A stretch of DNA of 64,000 bases, taken from Phoronis australis (taxonomy: Eukaryota; Animalia; Phoronida). The DNA is taken from assembly GCA_002633005.1 (NCBI GenBank), contig NMRA01000469.1, positions 62,001 through 126,000 on the forward strand, given 5' to 3'. The position numbers were made by a program, and so were the translations under genes. Below the pieces are notes generated by a model. That model was not told where the DNA came from, did not search any database, and saw nothing but the letters and a program-made list of their open reading frames with translations. Every line of letters begins with the position of its first letter. Within the stretch, counting starts at the first letter, position 1. Of this stretch, positions 54,673 through 64,000 are shown one piece after another.

Positions 54673-55700
54673 CTCTGATGTGACGTCCACTATGTATACA
54701 TATCCTTTTAAACCTGTTATAGTTATTCTCATTTTTGTTGATCTTCATTGTTGTGCAGTGACATAGTACTCTACAGAGAGTGTGGTCACTTAAACCAAGA
54801 AGAAGAAAAAGATACATAAGTGCTTATGCATGCATCCAGCCTAAAATATAGGAGGGCTCCAATTTTTCCGTATGCGGACCTTTTGTTTACAAAAACCAAC
54901 TAGGACTAAAAAAATTTTAAAAAAAACGGCTGCCCACTATGTTCAGGCCAACGAGTTGTGTATCCGCGCAGATTTCCTTTGGTCTCGTTTACTCGGACTT
55001 TTTTGCTGAGGCGGACCTTTTTGCCCAATTCACCAAATTGAGGGGCTCGTTTGAGCCCCCCTGGGTGTGCCCATGGTGCTGGTGAAAATGCCAGTAGTTT
55101 TGTTCAAAGTTACACTTGCAGCCGTCCATTTTTATTGCTAACAAAGACAGCATTTTAAGCCAGCATGCGAAATAGGTATAAGAATCTAGATCTGGTCAGT
55201 TTATCTCATGATGCATAATTTTCTAGGTGAAAAAGCATGATGTCTAGTAATATTGGGCATCAGTTTATGCAGAAGCAATTTGACACGCGACCTTTTCTAC
55301 TTTTGGTAACTCGAATTCATTTCTTTTGCTTCCCTTTCTCGTAAATTGTGTCTTTAACAAATTCTTATTGAGTGGCTTCTCTCTCAACATGTTGATTTCC
55401 ATAGCAAGTTTAGCAGTTCTAGGTGAGCGGACTCGATGTGTGATGGGCTCGCCACCTGGTGATTGCTTATTGGCTTTTGTCGTGATACACTGTATCTGTT
55501 GTATCATATGCCTTTGGGTTCTGAATCCCTTCCAAGCTGCTTGCCAAGACGGTTCAAGTATCAGTGTCGATGGATTCTTAAGCATATCTAGTTGGTCCAC
55601 CGAGTATTGATAGAGAAAATCAACCACAACCAACACTCGAACCCATGATCTTCATCGTCCGAGTCAAACATCCAAACCGATTGGCCAATTGGTGATTGCC

Positions 55701-56690
55701 CAGTGGCGGATCTAGGATATCACAAGGGGGGCCCAACATTTTGTCCGGCTGTAAGCATTTGCGCAAACCACGATTGTAGATGCGCATAGCACCGAATGGG
55801 GGGAGGTCGGGAGGGGGGCTCCCCACCCGCCTAGGAAAATTTTCCGTTTTTCCTCTAAAAATCAAGCATTTTCCTTGATTCCTGAAGTATATCCAAGAAA
55901 AAAAGGCAAAAAAACGGAGATCGTGTCAAACAGGAAAAACTGCAATTATCAGAGACTTGAACACATGACCAGGCGGATAGAGCGCGCGTACTTTACCAGA
56001 CAAGTACACCACCACGACTTAGCTACTAACTTCATAATAAGAGACCTACTTGTTTATGGTCCACAGCGTTTGCGCGCGAAACCTACTTCTTTTTGTAATG
56101 TTTATTACACGTTTTATATTTTGTGCAATCGGTTCTTAACAAATTTGTTATGTTTAAAATAGTCTTCAAATGTCCAAAAGACCAAATCCGTTTTTCGTGT
56201 TGGCAATAATGACGGGATTGCTTTGGAAATCGTCTTAAGTTAAGGTTTGAGAAAGAGAGAATTATGAGTTTCTGAGTGATTCACTCAGGCTTCGATTAAA
56301 ATTCACATCTTACCAGCAGCTTCTGTTTTTTCATCGTCACTCAGGTTCCATTTTCTTTAAAAAATGAATAAATTTTCTTCATTGCACAGTGGAGCAGACG
56401 ACAAAAACGGAGTTGCAGTGCGCAGCGCTTCTGCCGGTCGCCTGGGATATTGCGGGAGAGCCTATACTTAGCCATAGTTCCATTACGAATGCGCTGTGTT
56501 CCCAATTTAACACTTGAAATTAGATCTGAGCCCCTCCGCCCCTCAATCACTAAAACTGCACACATTTAAATCTTGTTTCATCCGTATAATTTTAATTACC
56601 GGGGTTAATTAATTAACTCAACATTTCCCTACGCTCTTGCTGTTTTATTTTTTTGTGGCAGCCAAGGGGGGCCCCCTAAATCCGCCTATG
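55701..56690. mobile_element. hAT-like MITE (~1 kb)
   Basis: CAGTGGCGGATCTAGG ... CCTAAATCCGCCTATG ends with GGGGGGCCC subterminal motifs. Confidence 0.6.
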
Positions 56691-56905
56691 TTGCCTATTG
56701 GTAAATGATTTTGAGAGGCTTTGCTCAATGTCACACCTGGAAATGACACGTCACAACTCTCCTTTCCCTTATTTGCATCAAGCATGTCTCCTGGTGCTCA
56801 TATCATCCACTTCTCTAGTCTACGACAGAGTTGTCGCTCTCAGGCTTGGAGAATGATTCCCGACCCTCCGTGAGCAGTGCTGACATCTCGTCTGGACGTG
56901 GGTTC

Positions 56906-57324
56906 CAGGCCTTTATGCAGCCCACTGTCAATAGGAACCTTTCAAGTTTGGACACACACATTTAATGATTACTAGAAAGCCTCTGAAGGCTCACAGTGGG
57001 GGCTCTTTTTTTCACAGCAGGAAGAAATATACAATGTATATACAAAGTATATACAATGTTGCTGTGCTTCGCACTTGGTTGAGAGCATTGTAAAAGTCTT
57101 GGTCTACATCAATTTTTTATTAAAAATGCTCACGACAGAAGTTTATTTTGTAAACTTAGATGTAAAAACCTTGGTCTATGCAGTTTTTGTAAAAAAATCT
57201 TTGTGTTTGGGTGGATTGCTGGGGGTGGGGGGGTTATGCCTCGGAATCANGAATTATGGATGCCCTGGAATATTGGGAACCCCATTTTGGACACCCTATT
57301 TTCGAATTCCTGGATAAAGGCCTG
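56906..57324 (-). mobile_element. family B hAT MITE, short derivative
   Basis: TIRs CAGGCCTTTATGCAG and CTGGATAAAGGCCTG; perfect 8-bp TSD GTGGGTTC. Confidence 0.88.
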
Positions 57325-58309
57325 GTGGGTTCTACCGTTTTTTGGGTGCCAATTTTGAAAATTCTACCAGGACTGTGTTACGGTAATATAAACAAAAAGA
57401 ACCATTTTTTAGTTATCCTGATTTAAATTAATATCTATTTAAATAAAATTATTTACAAACATCATAAGTTCTGCGAAACTTGGGACGTAGACAGGGTCGA
57501 ATGTAAGCACCAACAGTCCAAAATTGAAACTTACGGCATCTCCAGTCTTCATCACCAAGGCCGTCCTCACGTGTTCCGTTGACTCCACCAGTCCACCAAA
57601 ATAATACATTCAAGTTCCTTACACAAAATGCTGCTGTCCGCACCATAGCAAAGGCTCACCACATAAACAAATAACGCTCAGTATTTAGGAAGTATGAAGA
57701 AAACATAAAGTCCAACCTCAGTGTTCAGATAAATTATGACACACGTCTGCTCACCATCGGCGACCAACTAGAACACCGAAAAAACTCAAAACTGTCCCCT
57801 AGTGGGAATACCTAACATACCTAACAACTGATTCGAACTGGGCATTTTCAGTGTGGGAGGCCCGTGTCCAAATCGTTCATCCAAAACGTAATTTTCTCTT
57901 TGAGGATACTTTATTTGGCTGTACATCACACCCAGAAGTTCCATGTCAGGACAGGGTTCTGTTTCGGGTCAGCAAATGAACTTTTAGATTATTTGATACC
58001 AGTACACTTGTTTGAACTTCTTTAATTTTTGAAGAATTGATATAAACTAATTTAATTTAATTATCATAAGTTCACATCTTCAAAAATTTAGTGAATTATG
58101 CAGAGGGTTTTCTTTTAGTGAAAATTTTATTTCCATCTTATCCTTAGTTATGCCACACTTGTTTTCTTGTTAAATTGTAAAAACAAAATGTTTTGAATAA
58201 TGTTTATTGTTATAATTTTATGAAATCTATATAAATATCAGAAGTCCACTTTCTTTATAGTAGAATGAATGTTCATGTCACTGACTCCATTAGAAAATGA
58301 GACATAAAC

Positions 58310-58940
58310 TAACTTAAAGTTACCTGTCAGAAACCACTAGCTTTTGGTCTCATCTCGAGACCTTCATTGGGTGGAATAGGAGAAAACTGGAGCCTCGTAC
58401 GTGTCTGTTATGTCATCATTTTCATGTGTCTTGAGATGGGACCTCTGTTGAATCATTGGAGGGAATAAATCCTTGTAGATGGCTAGAAGATCGTAGTCCG
58501 AGTCTCTATTAAGTGATGTAGTGTGCCAGTGGATTTCTACCGCTTCACGTATCTTCCTGCACCAGTATTTGTTCTCCGTCACCAAGATGGTAAAATCATC
58601 CAACGAGATGTGGTGTAATGTATGAAAACTGTGTTCACCAATCGCTGACACTGAGCCGGTCAATGTACTCGGGTGTTCCTTAATCCTAGTGCCGAGGTTC
58701 CTAGCAGTCTCATCCATATATCTACAAGATTGACTGCCCTGACTACAATGCAAGTTATGTGGCTGAGCCTACTTAAGGAACCTCAGAGATCTGACAGAGG
58801 TCCCATCTTGAGAACATGATAATGGTGACATAACAGACACGGGAGAGGCTCCAGTTACCCACCATTCCACCCGACGAATGTCTTAAGTTGAGACCAAAAG
58901 CTAGTGGTTTCAAAAAATTTCATGACTGACAGTTAACTTT
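58310..58940 (-). mobile_element. Penelope-like retroelement 3' fragment: GIY-YIG endonuclease remnant with inverted pseudo-LTR ends
   Basis: ORF 58364..58753 reads YMDETARNLGTRIKEH...SAIGEH...RKIREAVEI...LNRD; 58315-58396 and 58845-58940 are inverted copies. Confidence 0.85.
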
Positions 58941-58976
58941 ACATTACTTCTACTTTATGTCTTTCAGGTGTGTATA

Positions 58977-61423
58977 ATGAGTACATACCCCTCCACATCA
59001 GCTTTTAAGAGTTTGATGCAATACAGGTTCAAGAAAGACAACGTAGATAAGCTGAAGTCGGTGTCTGCGACAAAAGATGCAGATAATGGTAACTAGCTAG
59101 ACATGAGATTTGAGATGTAATTTTATTTGACAAATGTTACTGGAAATTGTTATACTTACTGAACTTACTTTTCTTACTCCCCTTGTTATGGCTGTTTAAA
59201 GACGCCTGGAACGCGATAAACAAGCAACTGACTGTGACCGCATGTGTGCATTCATCATAAGCGAGAGGGAGATTAGAAACTCTGTGGTAACCACAGAGTT
59301 TTTCCTTCGCGTGTATTTCAAAAATCGTGAACTTTGTGATTTTTTTCTGGAAATTTCTTCACGGGGAAAAGTGAATTACTCTGTACCAGACGTTGCGAGA
59401 TGCTTCTTTCATCAAGAATTGTTTAACAGATATTTTTGACGAGCCTTCGCATTTCATGCCTCTGTAAGACCTAAAGATTGGTTTTGTAAGTCAAAAAGAA
59501 TTTCCCATGTGTTCCATTTTAATAATATTTGTACCATTAGAACACTTGGTAAAAAATAAAACAATGCATTTCTTAATCATTATTTTAATTGAAGATGAAA
59601 CCAAATGCAATGAAAAAACTAGAAAATGTCAAAAATCTGATAAATAACCAATCTTTAGACCTTAAAAAGAGTTATTTTGTTACAAGACAGTAACGCATTA
59701 ACATGAGTGCTATTCATTGGCATATAATAGCAAATATTTTAGACAATTGAGAGTTGGACCACCTCTGTCTCTCTTAGACTGCCTTGCTGCTGATGAATGA
59801 TGAGACTATTTGTAGACACTTTTCCGAATGAGGGCACAATCATGTCTTGTTGAGGGTTTACATTCAAAATTTTGTTAAAAGTATTTTAATGGAACTGTGA
59901 CAGAAAATTTCTTTCATTACTTCTGGTATGCTTACTTCCAGTGACGTGCATTCCCCAAACTCCAAGTCCCTGTCAAAGTCCTATTTTCAAAGGAAAAGCC
60001 ACAAATGTCCACAGAGCATCCAGCTCTCCGGTGCAAAAGAAAAAATATTCTCGAGTAATTATTCCAGACTCTGATTCTGATGAATCGGACATTGATACGC
60101 AGAGTAAACATTCGTCGCCGTGGTTGTCTAAACAAGGTGGAGTTATCAACAATGGTCATGTGTCAAGTAGTGTGACAGACATCGATGATTGGTCGAGTCA
60201 AGGATCAAGCAGTGCGGGTCATGTCAGCAGCAGCTACAAGAGCCAGGCAAACCATGACAGCTTCAGCTGTAAGCTGCACCAGTTGCAGAACATCTTCCCT
60301 CATAAACCTCGCTATGAGTTAGAAGCAGCCATTGAAGACACACCCAATTTAGAAGCGGCCATTAATGTGGTGATGGGCATCGAGACTGTCAAGGGTGGGT
60401 GGCAGAAATAATTTTTTTCATAAAATGGTATATTTATGAACTTTACCTTGTATGCCAAAGTTTTCCATTAAGGCGCATATTTCCTTAAAATTGATACATT
60501 TTAAGAAAATGAAAGTGTCTCTATTTAGGCATTAGATCATACATTTTGCCTGGTGTGTGTTAATCACAGAGTGTTTGAAATGATTATAGAGAGGGTATTA
60601 ACAATCACTGGAAGAGGTAATTTTATTGTTATTACATATAATCCTGGAAGAATGTTTGTGATATTTTGGGTTGCATTGCACATCTAAAAGTTAGATTGTG
60701 TTGTGTAAATTAAAGTTATTCTTTTAGCTCCCAACAAAAGACAGCGGGGTACGGGTACTTCGGTTGCTGGTCAACCAAAGCGCCGGCGGATCATTGCAAA
60801 CGATCACATGTCATCTGACGAGGACGGTGACGGAGAGGCTCCTGCTGTCTCTGCTGGAGATGTTGAGAAAGTCAGCTTTTTAAAGGAAGCGTATCCTAAC
60901 TTAGATCATAAGGTATTTTGGCAATGTGACAAAATGAGATTAACAGAATTTGTGGGTACCTTGGGTTGTCTTCACATTTCATAACGTGATTGCTTTGATA
61001 ATTGTGAATTTACATGCTTGCACCAGTTACTCTGACCGTCTTGGTCTTCATAAAAATGGGCCGATGACATGATCAACAGAGTTATAGTAGACATTTTTTG
61101 TATGTATTGGTGATTTACGCAGGAAGAACATTAAGTAGTTTTTTTAGCGAGTTTTACTTTTTATAGCCATTTTACTATTACTATTTAAAATCAGCATAAT
61201 TATGTTGGCATTCTGTGATGCCTGTAATGATTTCAGTTTCATAAATATTGTTTATAAGTGTGTTTTATTTGAAACTGTTTTTTGGAATGGTCCACATCTG
61301 ATAAAGCATTTTACTGAAAGGTTTTGACGACAACATTGAAGAAGCACAACTGGTCAATAGAGCGCGCCACTAGTGCGCTAGTGGACACAGATGTTATAGA
61401 AATTGAGAGTTCTGATGAAGAAG
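58977..61423 (+). CDS. SMARCAD1: SMARCAD1/Fun30-like SNF2 chromatin remodeller, first four coding exons (58977-59088, 59942-60394, 60728-60912, 61321-61423); continues beyond the window
   Basis: GT-AG exons join in frame. The N-terminal SLMQYRFKK and IPQTP resemble the SMARCAD1 LDRFRFEK and VPETP motifs. Two CUE-like domains follow: KLHQLQNIFPHKPRYELEAAIEDTPNLEAAINVVM and EKVSFLKEAYPNLDHKVLTTTLKKHNWSIERATSALV. The ATPase domain is not in the window, so the identity is inferred. Confidence 0.72.
59467..59664. mobile_element. small MITE-like inverted repeat element
   Basis: AAGACCTAAAGATTGGTT ... AACCAATCTTTAGACCTT. Confidence 0.5.
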
Positions 61424-61517
61424 GTAATGTTCACAGCTGAAGTACAGTGATGTTCAAAACAATCAATTTCAATGATAGAATCCACCCAGTGCTAGCAAGT
61501 AACATAGCTGTTATGCT

Positions 61518-62730
61518 TTTTATGTGTCCACGTATTTATATATGGGCGCATTATGCCGTCATTCCGTCCGTCTGGCCGCCGTCTGTCTGGCGTCCTGCAT
61601 CCGCTGCTCTTTATCCAAAACCCTTTGATGTATGTTTATGAAATCTTGAACATCTCTTCCTTTCAAGGATGGAACGCTATGAGCAAACGTTTGCAAAGAT
61701 CTGACTACCGGTGTGCCCCCTACTGGCAATTTTAGTTTTTTACGTTTACGTCCGTATCTTCAAAGGTCTTCAACGTATTTTCATAAAATTTTGCATGTAG
61801 GCATCTGTTAGTGAGATGATGCTATCGTCCCGTTTTCGGATGGATTCGATATAGTTTGCACCACCCAGTGGCCATTTTTACTGTTTTGGAGTCTTTTTTG
61901 GTGTCCACCTATCAACCAAACCGCTCTGAGGATAATTCTGAAAATTGGCATGTATGAAGAAGAGAACCGTTTGCAGGATCTTTACTAAATTTAGCAAGTG
62001 TATTTATATGGTGTTGAGATGGCAATGACTTTCGAATGCATCTGACTACTGGTGTGCCCCCTAGTGGCAATTTTAGTTTTTTTCGTTTACCTCTGTATCT
62101 TAAAAAGGTCCTCAGGGCTGTTCCAGTAAAAATGTATGGGAGGGGGAAGGCACTTTCATTTCTTACCCATCGTCCATTTTTTTCTTTTATTTCTCCAACC
62201 CACGACCCATAATTTTTAATTATGTTGAAATATAAAATGCGGTTTTTGAGATAATCAACCTGTCTTGTCAAAAACTAAAGTGGCCTATAGGGTGTGCTAT
62301 GGTAGCTAAATCTGTCCGAAAATCGACTGGTGCTGGTGCATACCAGCCGTCTATCGCTACGCCAAACGTCATCATGATCTGCTAAGTAGATTCAAAACAA
62401 TCGACGGGCAAGCAATGACTTGAGCAGTCAAAAACTAACGGGAGCAGCCACAGGGTAGTTGAATCCGCCAACATGGGCTTACCACGGTAGCCAATTCCAT
62501 GCGAACATCGACTGGTGCTGGCGCATTCCCACCAAGTACCTCTATACCAGATTTCATCATGATCCGCTAAGCGGTTCTTGAGATAATTGATGGACAAGAA
62601 ATGATAATGGCGGACGGACCGATCGGCGGACAGACGAATGGACGGACGGGATGCAGACTATGTGCGAGCATAAAGTTTTGTGGGTGCAGAAAAATTCCCA
62701 AGTTAGCCACCATGTGTCTCTGTCCACCGT
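61518..62730. repeat. Helentron/DINE-like non-autonomous repeats (related tracts at ~10640-11040, 14800-15490, 20120-20465)
   Basis: T-run, short hairpin and (GTCC)n microsatellite at the ends, with internal repeats containing GTGCCCCCTAGTGG or AAATTTCATCAAAATCC; family assignment is inference. Confidence 0.4.
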
Positions 62731-62735
62731 GTGTA

Positions 62736-64000
62736 CCATATTGGCCGTAATAACCGCCCATGCCCCTATAAGCGTTATCAGACTTTGCTAAAATAAGCGC
62801 CCAGTCCATGAACGTCTATGTGCGAAAAATGCCTTACCTACAGTCCTAAAATTCCACAGTAACGTCTTCAATTTATCAATATTATCCGACAGTCCTGAAA
62901 AAAAATCATTGTGTGCAGAATTTGTAAACCACGAGCCTTGCCGCTATGTCGGTATTTAGCCGTGACTATGCACTTCAAACTTCCGCCATGCCTCAAAACA
63001 AACACAAAAGTTCTGCTGATGTGAGGACCAATGGTTTGGCCTTTCAGAACAGAAGTAGTGTACTTGTCTATGGGATTGCTTTGTAGATATTTCCCGCTTT
63101 CAACAGGAATCCAAATTTCTTTGTAGGCCTACACGTAAAAACTGCGAATCGAAAAGCTTGGCCAGTGTTAAAAGCACATGGCCAGGAAGCGCGTGCTACA
63201 TACATGAACCGGTCATCAAAGACATTAGTCGGGAACTATCCATTCATGAAATGGGTAGCATAGCATTGGCAAGAAATGAATATTGGCACTAATTTCCGAC
63301 ACTTTCTAATACTATATAAAATGTTTGCGTTATTTTTAAGATGAATTGTTTGATTAACCAGAATTAGTGTTTTTAAGCCAAATATCCAATAAAATGACCT
63401 CTGACAGTGAATGCTTGCTTACACACCCTTACACCGAAAAATAACAGATAGTCACGTATGCCGCATCCAGCCACACGGCGACTAATATGGCCTTACCGAG
63501 ACAAATGTCGAACGTTTTTAGCGACATTAGATCGGCAAGTGCTGAACGAAACACGCTTTGGTTTAGGCCTACTGCGTGTGCAAATTTCTTTAGATATAAT
63601 GCACGTCTAGCTCATTAGATTGCGTGGCTCTGGCCAAAAGACGGTATCTGCTCTGGCAAATGAACTTTGGTGACACGCACGCGCTCGCTTACTCACAAAC
63701 GCAGACAACTTCAAAACAAATGTCAAGTGACAACAACATGTGTGTTCGTCCAGACATTTTTCTCATGTTACCGATCATAGATGTAGATGGCACGATGTGC
63801 TAGCACAGATTTGTACTTAAACCTGCAGTGATCCCGACTCTACGGGAACTTAAAAATCTTAGGGACGCTACTTGGACAACGTAAGGAGGATTTCAGGTAA
63901 CTTGCTTGAGTCCAAACTGTATTTTTATTCAAGCATTCAAGTCGCCATATGGACGATGGTGAGGCAGGCAGTCAGCGAGTTTTCGCCCTGGGATTTCAGC
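62736..64000 (+). mobile_element. family A element, running off the window end
   Basis: TA|CCATATTGGCCGTAATAACCGCCC left end; colinear with 35482-36720. Confidence 0.88.

Noticed and set aside
55265-55636. 123-aa ORF on the - strand
   Set aside because: No recognisable motif or clear splice context, and it is flanked by MITEs.
57700-57880. tRNA-like B-box (GATTCGAAC); similar motifs near 6465 and 49270
   Set aside because: I could not fold a cloverleaf; at most these are decayed SINE heads, so no tRNA gene is called.

Overview
This is AT-rich, intron- and transposon-rich animal DNA, probably from an invertebrate; it is not prokaryotic, and most of the supplied ORFs are noise. Two spliced genes sit head-to-head. 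A CEP85/CEP85L-family centrosomal coiled-coil gene lies on the - strand; I reconstructed 13 phase-consistent coding exons from 46798 to 3020 (about 734 aa). The 5' part of a SMARCAD1/Fun30-like remodeller gene lies on the + strand from 58977; it has tandem CUE domains and runs off the window. The most notable feature is a U12-type (minor spliceosome) AT-AC intron in the CEP85-like gene (15779->12729), which exposes an 80-bp exon missing from the ORF track. A 50-bp tandem repeat has also multiplied one 3' splice site of this gene. Introns and the intergenic region hold a decayed Sola3 transposon, a hAT transposon, LINE, Gypsy and Penelope remnants (the last with degenerate hammerhead ribozyme motifs), and nested MITEs. 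All calls were made by eye, with no database search. I found no evidence for a wholly new biological system.
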